From Paraspadella gotoi (Eukaryota > Animalia > Chaetognatha): a DNA stretch of 64,000 nucleotides. Below, piece by piece: positions 50,004-62,529 of the stretch (within the stretch, counting starts at the first letter, position 1; each line of letters opens with the position of its first letter). The stretch is taken from assembly GCA_051294375.1 (NCBI GenBank), contig CM119263.1, forward strand, positions 62,001 to 126,000. Direction: 5' to 3'. The notes below the pieces were generated by a model, which ran no database searches, was not told where the DNA came from, and saw nothing but the letters and a program-made list of their open reading frames with translations. The translations under genes were made by a program, and so were the position numbers.

Positions 50004-50753
50004 TCACACAGCGACGTAAGGTTTCCTCATTCTTTGAAACAAAACGCAACCAACTGTCATAGCGAATATTTCGAAGGCGCCTAGTCCGAGCATGACGGCG
50101 CCAAGGGCCCAGAATCCCACGCGGAACGCCGCCTCCAGTTGTCGAAAGCATCCATCGGCGTCGATCGAGGCGCCGCAGTCGGTTCGACCCAACGCTTCGC
50201 CGATTCCCGCGGGATCCCTCAAGCCGCAACAAGCATGGTCGCGTTCGAAGGCGATTCGATCCGCGTCGTCCAGCGCCGACCACGCCTCTTCCACTAAGCG
50301 CTCGAAACCTTCGCCGATACGCGCCGCCACCGGGTCTGGCGAATCGGAAGACGCCGCCGCGAAGAAAGCGGCGCCCAGCAGAGCCAGGGTCAGCAGCAGC
50401 GCCAGAAGCAGGGCGGTGAAGAAGGCGGCCAGGCAGGACTTGGCGCCGCGCCAGGCGCCGATGCAGCCTAGGAACCCGGCGAGAAAGAAGACGCCGCCGA
50501 GAGCAAGAAGACTGCGCGCCGCGAAACGAACGTAAGATGAGACGACGAAGACGGCGTCGTCGGCGGATGGCGGCGTCGGATTGGCGGTGACGCCGGGATG
50601 GTCGAGGCCAGGATCGGCGCCACCCAAGACGATTCGGTCGACGAATCGACGATCGAATTCGGCGAAGAAACCGCAGCCCAAAAGGATGAGACCGAAAATC
50701 CAGAGCAAAACATTGGAAGCGTAGAGTAGATTTTTGAGGCAAGAGAATCGCAT
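50004..50753 (-). CDS. Tetraspanin, single coding exon, 249 aa
   Basis: Four hydrophobic segments: N-terminal CLKNLLYASNVLLWIFG, TM2 GFLGCIGA, EC2 with CCG plus two more Cys (TDCG, DGCF), TM4 with Glu (AFEIFAM), and C-terminal YVAV. GC-rich uninterrupted ORF. Confidence 0.95.
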   Translation of the reverse strand: MRFSCLKNLLYASNVLLWIFGLILLGCGFFAEFDRRFVDRIVLGGADPGLDHPGVTANPTPPSADDAVFVVSSYVRFAARSLLALGGVFFLAGFLGCIGAWRGAKSCLAAFFTALLLALLLTLALLGAAFFAAASSDSPDPVAARIGEGFERLVEEAWSALDDADRIAFERDHACCGLRDPAGIGEALGRTDCGASIDADGCFRQLEAAFRVGFWALGAVMLGLGAFEIFAMTVGCVLFQRMRKPYVAV

Positions 50754-52639
50754 CGTGGGGAGAGAGGGTGAGTTTAAAAAGTAAGTGAAAAAAAGAAAGT
50801 TTCGGCGAAAGATAAGGTTAATTATTAGGATATTTTTATTTCAATCCAATAGTTTGTTTTTTTAAATTGAATGCAATGATTTCCTTTATTTAATTTTTTT
50901 GGACGATTATTTGTTTTTATTATTAAACAACAAAAGTTAAGCCATCGATTTTTTTTGGTTTTGTATAATTATTTTAAATATTGTATTTTAGTTTTATTGT
51001 AGATGAAAGTTTTCGTGAAAAAAAAGTTTCTCGAGCAGAAGTTTTGATCTCAAGCAAATGTTGGGGAGTTTGAAAAAGAAAAAAAATGTTTTTTTTCGAA
51101 AAACGGTCGTCGTCTTCGCGTCGTCGTCGTCTTCGTCGTCGTCCATCGTTTTCGTCGTCTTCATCGTCATCATCGTCCCGGGTCCAATAGACCAAAAAAG
51201 TCGAAAACAAAAATTTTCGCTTACATCAGGATTAGTCGCCTTATCGTGTTATTTATATCTCCCTTCGCTTTTTTTTGCTTTGTATTAAAACTTAAATTCT
51301 AAATATAAAAAATAAAAATAAAAAAAAGATTTTCAAAAAATGAATAAAAAAAAAGTTCAAAACATTTAAAATGGGGGATTTATCATGACGAAAATTTTTT
51401 TTCGGAGGATATTATAAGATTTGAACTTGGCTTCGTTTACAAAATTTGAAGTTTGAAATATGTTTACAATTTAGTGACAGAATTTCATATCCTGTTTTCG
51501 ATAGAGATTATTGTGGTTTTATTCTAATTAATGCTTTTGCGTATGTCCTCTTCATCAAAGTTTTTTATAACAGGGAAATCCTAAAATATAAGAATAAAAG
51601 ACGAAATTTTGATGCAGTTCAACGGGCTAAGAAAGTTATTGGAGTCAACATGTCACGTATTTGTCAATTCATCAATGTCATGTCACGGATTCATCAGTTA
51701 CGAGAACACATGAGATAAGGCAGTCACTGCGGCGCAACACATTTGAATTACCGTTCTTGTTTTTTAGAATATAATCTACAGATTCTCTTCGAAACTCGAT
51801 CCTGATTTTAGCTTTCTGACGAAGAAAAAGTTTGGATTCGTTTTCGAGTAAAAGAAATTTATTATTAATTTTTTTCTTTTGGTTAAAGTTGAAACAAGGA
51901 AGAATTTTTATCTTCATCCCACTTTTTCAATTCCTTTGTCTAGAGATCATTACCTTCAAAATCTCTAATTTATTTAACGATATTATTTTAAATTCACTAA
52001 CTTTCAACCAATTTCTAAGGTCGGGAATATTTTCAATTAAACTTGACCAACTTTCTTTCTGAATTCATCATTCATAATCCATTCCATAGTCATTAGTCAA
52101 AACAATACTTTTCAGCCTTATTTTCCGAGAATGCCCAATTTAATCTTAAATTTAGAAATAAGTTAAAGATTAAGTTAAAGATTAAGTTAAAGATTAGGTT
52201 CGAGGTTAAGGTAAAAGAGTATATTAGGGTTAAGGATTAGCATTATGGATTATGGTTGGGGATTAGTATTTAGGTTAAATATTGAATTAAAGGAAAAACG
52301 AACAGAACTGGGGCACTCTTGAAAAATAAAGCCTTATCTTCAATAGTCTTCATTTTCTCTCCTATAACTCGATCTTTCTTTCCCCACAATTTTCTTCCTA
52401 ATTATTTTCGTCCAGTTTCGAAATTTCTTTCTGGCGCTGCGTCGAAATTCTCCCGCGTCCAGTTCATCTTCGCCCCTCTCCCTCTCTCTCTCCTCTTCTC
52501 TCTCTCTCTCTCTTCTCTCTCCCTTCTCTCCTCTCCCCTCATTCCCCCCTTCCCCTTTCGCCATCCCCCCCCAGAAGCGAAAAAGGATCGGTCGGTCGGT
52601 CTACGTCATCGACCCGAAAGAAGGGTTTGGGGCGGGGGT

Positions 52640-52770
52640 AGGACCCGGTGGTGGGACCCGGGGTACAGGATGGGCCCCGGGTGGACCGGGTGGGACCGGG
52701 GGGACGCTGGACCCGGGGGTGGGACCCGGGGGTGGGACAGGACGTGGGACCGGGGTGGGACCAGGGGGTG
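52640..52770. repeat. G-rich (GGGACCCGGGGGT)-type minisatellite
   Basis: Repeated GGGACC(C)GGGG units. Confidence 0.8.
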
Positions 52771-52904
52771 AGGGAGGGTTGAGTGGGTAGGGGATCGGGA
52801 ACGAGGGGAGATGCGGATGAGTGAATGAGTCCAATTAGAGACATCAACATTTTGAAAAATGTTGACTCAAAGAATCAAGAATGTCGACGTCATTACTGGG
52901 AGAG

Positions 52905-54180
52905 GCGTCGCGGTCGTCGCGTCGGTCGCGTCCGTCGGTCGGTCGGTCGGTCGTCCGTTCGTCGGTCGTCGTCGGTCGTCGGTCGTCGTCGTCGTCGGGT
53001 CGGGTCGCTCGTCGGGGTCGGCTCTGGTCGTGCGTCGGTCGGTCGCGTCGTCGGTCGTCGGTGGTCCGTGGCGTCGGTCGTCGTCGGTCGGGGTCGTCGC
53101 GTCGTCCGTGTGGTCGGTCGCGTCGGTCGGGGTCGCCGTCGGTCGTTCGGGTCGTCGTGCGTCGGATCCGGTCGTCGTCGGTACGCGGTCGTCTCGTCGG
53201 TCGTCGTCGGGTCGGTCGTCTCCGTCGGCTCGGCATCGGTCGTCGGTCGCTCGGTCGGTCGTCGTGTCGTCGTTCGCGTTCGTTCCACGATCCGGCTGTG
53301 TATGCGTTGCGAGAAAGAGTGTCCCTGATGCCGTCGGTTCACTGTTGTCGGTCGGATCGCTCGTCGGTCGTCCGTCGTCTGTCGTGGCGTCGGGTCCCAT
53401 TCCAGGCATGAGCTCTTCGGCTATCGCGCAACCGCCCCGCTGCCCGTCACGTCGCAAGCGCCGGCGCGGTGGCCGGTCGGTGTCGTCGGTCAGGTCGGTC
53501 GGCTCGGTCGGTCGGTCGTCGGTCGTCGGTCGTCCGTCGGTCGGCGTTCCGTCCGTCGTGTCGTAGCGGGTCGGTCGGTAGGTCGGTCACCGTCGTCGGT
53601 AAGTCCCGGTCGCGTCGTCACGGTCGTCGTCGGTCCGGTCGTCCGACGTCGGTGCGTGACGCCGTCGTCGGGTCTCGTCAGTCGGTCTTTTGTCGGTCGC
53701 TCGGTCGGGTCGTCGGTCGTCGGTGCGTCGTCCGGCTCGTCGGTGTCGGTGCCGTCGTGCGGTCGGCTCGTATCAGTTCCCGTTCGTCGTCGTCGTCGGA
53801 TCGTCGTCGGTCGGCTCGTCGTCGTGCGGTCGTGCCGCAGGTCGTCGGTCGTCCGTCCGTCGGCTCGTCGTCGTCGGCGTCGTCGGTCGGTCGGTCGGTT
53901 CGCCGTCCGGGTCGGTCGTCGTCGGTCGCCTCGTCGTCCGTCGGTCGCTCGTCGGTCCGGATCGTCCCGCGGGTCGGTCGCTCGCGTCGTCGTCCCGTCC
54001 GTCGGTCGTTTGTCGGTCGGCTCGGTCGAGTCGTCGGTGCGTCGTCGTCGTCGTCCGTCGTCCGTCCGTCGTCGGTCGTGCGGTCGTCGGTGTCGACGAC
54101 TCCGTCGGTCGTCCGTCGTCGTCTGTCCCGGTCGTCAGGGTCGTCGGTCGTTCGGCTCGTCGTGTCCGTGCGTCCGTCCG
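52905..54180. repeat. Complex (GTC)n/(GGTC)n GC-rich simple repeat, about 1.3 kb
   Basis: Mosaic of GTC, GTCG and GTCC units, nearly A-free on the plus strand, open in most frames. Confidence 0.9.
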
Positions 54181-55034
54181 AGAATCATGGAGGAAACATT
54201 GGGAATAGTTAAGACCAAGAAGTTCTAATAAATTTAGAACGAAACATATTTCAAAGGTGAAAACCAATAATTGAATAAAATAATAGCGTGATGGAAATTT
54301 GTATTGGGTCCTGCACTGTCGAAATCGCGTGAGTGATGAGAAGAGTAGGAGAAGAGAGAGAGAGAAGATGAAGAGAGAGAGAGAGGGGAGAGAGAGAGAG
54401 AGAGGCAGGCGGACAAGGAGAATGAAAAACGAAGGAAAAGTTTTCTTAGTACGCGAGAAATCTCTTGCTGAGCGCCCCAGAGGTAGGCAGATCATGACCC
54501 GAAAGGACGGAGGGGCCGGAGATGGGAGACAGAGAGCAGAGTGGAATGCGAGAGAGAGAAGAAGAGAGAGAGAGAAAGAGAGAGAGAGAGAAGAAGGAGG
54601 AAGAGGAGAGAGAGAGAAAAGAGAGAGAGAAGGAGAGAGGAGAGCAGAGCAAGAGAGACAGTTCTGAACACAAATACCCATGCCTTCGACAACTGGGAAA
54701 AGGGAGAACGACAAAACTTAAGCGAACATCGTGAGGTAGAAAGAGAAGAGAGAAGAGAGGAGAGAGAGAGAAGAGACCAGAGACAGAGAGAGAGAGAGAG
54801 CACAGCAAGCACGAGAGAGAGAGGCCCGAGTATCTAGCGAGGAGATGTAGGGCAAAACAATTACGACACGCTGGAGCGGCACTTATACGCTTTAGCGAAG
54901 GCGAGGGACAAGGAGTGAGTGGCCAATATTGTTTGTTTAATGTTAAAATCAAAGTTAAAATCTTGACGTTAAAAAAAAAAAATCCGTCAGTTTCGTTCGT
55001 AAATCTTCGCTGATATAAAAGTGAGAATTTAAGG

Positions 55035-55232
55035 TTGGAGATGGTTGGAGATGGTTAGAGATGATTGGAGATGGCAAGAGATGGCTAGAGAAGTTAAAAA
55101 TGGCTAGAGATGGTTAGAGATGGTTGGAGATGGTTAGAGATGGTTAAAGATCGTTGAAGATGGTGGGAGATGGTTATTGATGGTTAGAGATAGTCAGAGA
55201 TGGTTAGATCTGGTTAGAGATGGTTGGAGATG
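55035..55232. repeat. 10-bp minisatellite (GATGGTTRGA)n
   Basis: About 19 tandem degenerate copies. Confidence 0.9.
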
Positions 55233-56102
55233 AAGATAGTTACGGGGAAGGAGATGATAGTGAACATAGGAATGGATGAAAAAAAGCTCAGATATTAATA
55301 AATGAAATATTAATTAATCTCTCATCTAACTTCCTTCCCTATCGCGATATCACATTTTTGGTCAGTTCAATGTCATTTCACTGCTTTTTATACTTACCTT
55401 TCACGACTTCCCCTCCTCAATTCTACTTCTTTCACTTACCCTCATTTTTCTCTCCTCCACTTTCCCTTCTTATTCTCATTCCGCATTTATAACAAAAATA
55501 CGAATTCTATTTTCCAAGCGACTCGTCCATTGTGCTCTTTTGTTTTTCCTCTCCTGTTATTGTTGCTGCAGGACTAATCAAATGGCGGCATTTCAGAATA
55601 AAACCAACACAAATTTAATTTGAAAAGAGAGACAACTTTTCCGCGAGTTTAATGATATTTTAGTATAGCAATTAAAATAGGAATAGTTTAAAAAAAAACA
55701 AACATAGATATGCTACATAGTAAATAAACTTCGGAATGGATTTAATAATACTAACATTGATTGATAAGCGAAGTTTACTACTATTTTATAATAAGATCGA
55801 ATGAAATAAACAGTTAAATAAATAAATATTTAAATAAAAATATTATACGTATTAAATCAAGATTCTAAATGTTAACTGAAGCTATGAATCATATTACTAC
55901 AAATTTGTTTTCATTTTACTACGAACTTCCCCCATCGTCTTGACTCTGAAAGAGAGTGACATCACAAATGGGAAATCCTGGCCAGATGACGCTGAACAGA
56001 TTTTTCCCTATCGCCCGAAAAAAAAGGACGAATCACCCAGAAAAAAGTTGAAACGAAAAGCGGATGTGTTGGGATCTCCATCTCAGAGAGAGATTAGACA
56101 GG

Positions 56103-56141
<39 letters not shown>

Positions 56142-58678
56142 ATGGAAGTAGTCTATACTACGGATGTATATTAATACACTTGCGTATGAGTTAGACTGGA
56201 TTCTGACAATTTCATCATGCTCCTAAGTGCATTCATGTTCGGTAATAGATTATTTAACAAAGACGAATGGAGAATAGGAAATGCATTAGAGAATGGGTAG
56301 AAAATGAGACTGCAGTTACGAGGTATAATAATGAAGATATATAATTAAGTCTCTCCATCGTACCACTTTCCTTCCCGCGATATACGATATCTAGTTAATT
56401 TTGGAAACATAAGAATTATCGATCAGATGCTCATGAATTCCAGGTACGCATGTCGTCTTCGGTGTAATATGTACATTACGTGTTATCGCACGTGGACTAT
56501 GTCGGTGGGTGCGCGGGGGGTCCGCTAGGTTGTGGCTCAAAGTGGAGTGTGGTCTAACTATATTCTTACCTTACCGACTACATATATTTATCTCCCTCGC
56601 TCCACCTTAAGATTCTCAGCGCACGCATCTCTATTCTCATTCCTGTCTCATCTTCCATATCGAAGCAGATATGAATATACGAGATTTCTATTTTATAACG
56701 CAAGCGACTCGTCCAAAGCGTGTGACTCTTTTGTTTTTCGCTCATCCTGTAATATTGTTGCTAAACCAATTCATTCAACCGCTATATTGCCTTACGGACT
56801 TAATCTAACTACGCCGCGCAGTTCTCCATGAAACATAATCACCAAACACCCAAAGTGTTCAATTAGCAAAAGAGGAAGACACCCAGCTTTTTCCGGCGAG
56901 TTTATCTATCGCAGACTCCATTCTATATAGCAATAAAATAGCACCATGAAGTATTACAAAAACCACAATACAAACAATAGATATGCCCTATCGACATAGT
57001 ACACCCTATCAAACTCGGAATGGATTTAATAATACTAACCATTGATTGATAAGCACGAAGTTTTCACTCTACTATTCTTTATTATATAAGATCGATGAAA
57101 TTAAACACGCTTTAAAATAAATAAATATTTAAATAAGAAAATCCATTATACGTATTACACACTGACAATGTAACTTCCTAAAGTCGCATAACCTGAAGCT
57201 ATGATCATATTGGAGGGCCGCTTCGAACCGTCCTTTACAGGTCAACGCCCCAAATTTGTCTCTTTCTAACTTAGGCCGGTACGACACGTCCTGCCCAATC
57301 CCGCTCTTGACTCCTTGAAACGCGAGCGCGCACGTCCAGTAGCCCGATCTCCAAGCGCGAAATTCCCTCGTCTCTGTCTTCCGCGTCTCCCAGGACCCAT
57401 GTACCGCTGAACTCCACACAGAATTTTCTCACTATCGCACTCAGCACCGCCACGCCACGAGCATCCGGTCCGATATTCAAGAAACGAACGATCTTACAGG
57501 GAGCGAGAGATCGTCGAAGCTATCACATAAAACCCCAACCGCCGGCGGACAGACCCATATGATATTTCATCGGGTAATTTGGCTCTTGGCTCTATTTTTA
57601 TATTATTCTTTGTTTTTTTTTTTTGTGTTTTTTTTCTAGTTCGATAATAGTGAAACGGAAAATTGTTAACGCGATTTTGTGTTTGTGGTATTCTTGGGTC
57701 AATGCAACGTAAATCGCTTGAACACGTATGTCCACGAGATGATCTTAGATTCGCTAGGCAGTTCGGAAACATCCGAGATAATATGACGTAGAGAGAAGAT
57801 GAGATGAAGTAGAAAGAGAGAGAGAGGAGAGACGAGGGAGAGAGAGAGAGAGAGAGAGAGCTAAAGAGAGAGTTAGAGAATGGGGAGCTAAGAAAGTTAG
57901 AGTAGTTATCATACCATATAACCATTTGGATATACACTACAGCAATTTGATAAAATTAGAAACAAACTACGAGAAGAAACAATTAAACATATCCAAGTAC
58001 TAGCGGGTAGAAAGGGCCACGGATAGTTGATTACGCTCAAGCTCTGGCAATAGGGATTCTTATATATATTAATGCGAGAGCGTACACGAGATGAGATGTA
58101 AAGGTAGACAGAAGAGAATTGAGAGAGAGAAGAGAGTATGAGATTAATAAGTAAAGAGATGAAGAGAGAGAGGAGGAGATGTTAAGAGTCGTNNNNNNNN
58201 NNNNNNNNNNNNNNNNNGAGAGAGAGAGAGTGTATTTTTACGTCACGGTTCAATCTTTATCTTTTTCCAGGTCATGTACAACGAAATGAAACGAACGCGC
58301 TTGCGCAGTTCAACCACGAAATCCGAAAAACCTTTTATTCTATCTTCAATCAACTTTTGACAGATTCGTTTCCAGATCTCAATCTGATAAATAAAAAAAA
58401 GGTTTTTTTTTGGCAAAAGATAGTATTTTTTATTGCTATTTTCTCAAGTCGTGTCTAAGTTTAGTGCGTCTTTAATGATCAGAAGATAATATTATTTAGT
58501 CATTTAGTCTTCTTTCGGTGTTTTTCTATTTGTTTGTCAGTCCGTCTGTTGGTCTGTCCGTCCTTCCGACAGTCAATCCGTCTTCTTCTCTTCTCTCTCT
58601 CTCTCTTCTCTCTTTTCTCTCTCTCGTCTCGTCTTTCTCCTCTCTCTCTCCTTTTGTGCTCTCATCTCTCTCTCCCTC

Positions 58679-58710
<32 letters not shown>

Positions 58711-58941
58711 GTGGTGTCTCGGCCTCCTCTCTCTCTCTTCTCCTCAATCTCTCTCTGCTCTCTCTTTTCTCTCACTCCTTTCTCCCTCCTTCTCTCCTCT
58801 CTCTCTCTCCTCCTTCTCTCATCCTTCTCTCCTCTCTTTCTCTACTCTCTCTCTCTCTCTCTCTTCTCTCTCTCATCCTCCTCTCTCTCTTCTCCTCTCT
58901 CTTCTCTCTCTCTCTTTCTCTCTCTCTTCTCTCTCTTTCTC

Positions 58942-58990
<49 letters not shown>

Positions 58991-59509
58991 CTCACAGAAT
59001 AGAAATTCCCCCGTTGAGAAAAGAAAGAGGAAAACTCGTTATGAAAGAAATTTCTTTTTTATCTCTGGTTTCGATCGCCTAACTCAGAGTCGCTTCTCTT
59101 TTCGCTTCTCTCTTCCGCTTCTCTCTTCCGCTTCTCTCTTCCGCTTCTTGCTCCGCTTCTCGATCAAAGCTTCCGCTTCTCAATTTTCTCTTCTCGATAA
59201 CGATATTCGCTCTCGATTACTATTTTAAATATCAAATACTATTTTTTTCAATTTTCATTTTTGTTTTCTTTGATTTTCACTAATATTTTAATTGTGTTAA
59301 TTTGCTTCTATGGTTCGTATTTAAAATTTTCTTTTATACTCAATCCATTTAACTTTTTAGTTATGTAACTCTAAGTCCCAATTCAATTCAATTCAATTAA
59401 ATTCAAGATTGATTTTTATTCAATTCAATTCAATTCAATTCAATTCAAGATTGATTTTTATTCAATTCAATTCAATTCAATTCAAGATTGATTTTTATTC
59501 TCATAATTT

Positions 59510-59895
59510 CCGCTTTTTCTAATTCTCGCTTTTTCTAATTCCCAATTTTCTTATTTCCAACTTTTCCTAGTTTCTACTTTTCCTAAAACCCACCTTTCCT
59601 AATTCCCATTTTTCCTAATACACACTTTTCCTAGTTTCTACTTTTCCTAAAACCCACCTTTCCTAATTCCCATTTTTCCTAATACCCACTTTTCCTAATA
59701 CCCACTTTTCCTATTTCCCACTCTTTCTAATTCCCCCTTTTCCTAATTCCCACTTTTCCTAATTCCCACTCTTTCTAATTCCCATTTTTCCTAATTCCCA
59801 CTTTTCCTAATTCCCATTTTTCCTAATTCCCACTTTTCCTAATTCCCATTTTTCCTAATTCCAACTTTTCCTAATTCCCACTTTTCCTAATACCA
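59510..59895. repeat. About 16-bp minisatellite (TTTTCCTAATTCCCAY)n
   Basis: More than 20 tandem copies, preceded by (CAATT)n blocks at 59378-59500. Confidence 0.9.
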
Positions 59896-60884
59896 GTTTT
59901 TTCCCAATTTTCCCTTCAAGTTTCTTTGTCTCTTTTCTACTAATTTTATCCTCGAATTTCTCGTGACGAAATTCCCTCAGTTTTTCAATTAAAGATTTTG
60001 AAAAGTGATTTGCTTCTCATTTCTTTTTTTGCCGAGACAAGCATTCGGTATTAATGGGATTTTTAATGGTCTGCTGGGGCAAGCTTCCGGCAAGCTTCCG
60101 GCATTGTTCGAATAATAGTAGTACTCGTGGAAAGGGTTATCCAAAAAGATACGAAGGAAGAACACAGATAGCCTTTAGCATTGAAGGAGCTGTAAGGTAC
60201 AGACAATACCAGGTTGTCACAGAGAGTAATTCTGATAGTTAACTAACGCAACTTTGGGACTAGTAATAACATTTGAGAATAGTGCCTATTAAAACTGAAC
60301 CTGTTACATATGTTTTGTTGAACTGTGCTCTCAAAATAATTTTTATGTCAATATTTTCCTCTATTCTAAATTTGCATCAATTTTTTTAAACTTTTTTCAT
60401 TCATATATTAATTAAACTTTGTAATTCCAATTTTGATGCCAGTCTCATATAGTTTTATATTGTCATTATCCTCTATTTTGTATATAGCAGATCTTACAAC
60501 TTCTCATTATAGCAAGTTGATATTATTTTTTTTAGTGTAAGTACATCATTATGTTTTAATTTATCCAAATCCATTAATGTTATCTTATTATGTTTATTGC
60601 CTATATTTACTAATACATACGTATTAATTTTCATTTATATACTTATAATCTTGAATACTATTGTTTATAATTGTTGTCGATTAATTTTATTTCAATCTTT
60701 GTGCATCCCATATTTCTTGTTGCTATTTTCTTCAACGTTAGAGTCATTATAAAAAATAGTTTATATATATGAATTATACTTTTGCCCACATACCGAATTT
60801 TATTTGATAAACCGTGAATCCTATGTTTGGTCTTATATACCAAGATTCCATTCCAGATTTAAGACAAAGTTTAAGTTTTTTATG

Positions 60885-60919
60885 CTGATGAAAGGCTTGT
60901 AAGTTAAGCGAAACATGTC
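60885..60919 (+). ncRNA. Degenerate minimal hammerhead-like motif
   Basis: CTGATGA-AAG-GCTT-GTAAGTT-AAGC-GAAAC-AT-GTC with palindromic ACATGT stem III. No stem I pairing. Confidence 0.4.
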
Positions 60920-62492
60920 CCGTTTTTATCAAAATTAAATCCGTGTTGAAAATATCCCATTTACAAACCTTTCTAATAGGGTTAATAATAATAGTTTTTA
61001 AGGCATTTTGCATTCACCTTTAATGAAAATAATTTTTCTAAAAAGAGCTATTATTTCCCTTTTTGTAAGGCAATACCACGAACCTGCCTTTTTAAATGCG
61101 AAAAAAACACATTTTTAATAATAATTGCATACATTTCTTATGGTGGAGTACTTATGTATATAAAGCGTAGTGGATAGTTACGTATGAAATTCTGACAACA
61201 CATAACATCAAGTGAACATTAATTTGTAAAAAAATTAACTTTTATGTTTTTTTAATTTTTGCGCAGTAGGACTATATTATATATAGTACTATCCTTATTA
61301 AAAATCCGAAAAATTTAAATAATAAGTCTTTTTTTTAATTTTGAATTGCAGCAGCTTGAATCGCTCGAGCTCAGAGAAGTTTTGATAAAAGAAATGGTAA
61401 ATCAAATAAAATTATTCATTTTAAGTGGGTTAAAAATTTAAAAACTATATTTAAAACATAAAATTTTAATTTCAGGTAAAATATAGCTTTTTATAAGTGG
61501 GTTAAAAATTAAAATTAAACTATATTTAAAATATAAAATTTAATTTTCAGTGCTTTAAAAATTTTTTTTTTTTTAGCTTTTTTTAATTTTTGACACCACT
61601 TAATTGAAGAAATTTTTCAAAAGAAGTTATAGTTTCCTGTTTTATCAACTTTTTTGTGACGAATCCCAATTCTGAAAAAATCTTAGAAAATTTTAACATT
61701 TATTGAATTAGTACTACTGTATAGTATAATATGGCCTATGCGTAAATTGTAAAATTATTATAAATTTTTTATACATAAAAAAAATCTAAAAAAATTTAAA
61801 CATTTTATTGAGATTAGTAGCTACTGTACTAAGTATAAATATGGCCTACTGCATAAATTGTAAAATTTATTATAAATTTTTTTATACATAAATATTTATT
61901 TATATATGTTTGTCGTTCCTCACTTTTAGAATTTTAATTAAAGTTAAATTTAGAAATTTTACTACGCTTAATGTTAAATATGGGCGTATTAAATTTTGTT
62001 TATTTAAAAATGTTCACAGGTACAAGCCTGTTTCATGATCTATCTATTCGAATTTTGATTCTACTTAATTTTTTATTTTTGCTACGCTTTATTGTTCATT
62101 TGTTAAGACAGAAAAACCTTAAACCTCAGCGACTACTAGCGCCCGCCTTTTTGTTTTTTTTTAATATAATTTAAAAACTATAAAAAATAAAAGTCCAGTA
62201 AGCGTCGAAAATACAAGGAATAACACGGGAAAACAAAGTCACTTCGGCGCAAAACGACATTTGAATTTCCCTTCTTCTTAGTTTTTTAATGAATAATATT
62301 TTTTTATTTTTCGTCGCGAAATATTTTTTCTTTTATCCTGCGTTTGAGTTTTTCCTTAGATTTGATTCAACGCGGAAAAGAATTAGTAGAGAGAGAGAGG
62401 GGAGAGGAGAGAGAGAAAGAATTAGTAGCGCTTCGAAAAGATTCTTCAAAAGATTTTTAATTTATCCAGGCTTTTAAAAAAAGCGGGGAGAA

Positions 62493-62529
<37 letters not shown>

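Noticed and set aside
52150-52280. Telomere-like TTAAAG/TTAGG(G) run
   Set aside because: Short and highly degenerate, with a single TTAGGG; not a telomeric array.
60770-60850. VYKTKHRIHGLSNKIRYVGKS as a GIY-YIG motif
   Set aside because: Superficial VY...YVG match with no convincing downstream Arg/Glu/Asn motifs, and on the opposite strand from the hammerhead-like motif.
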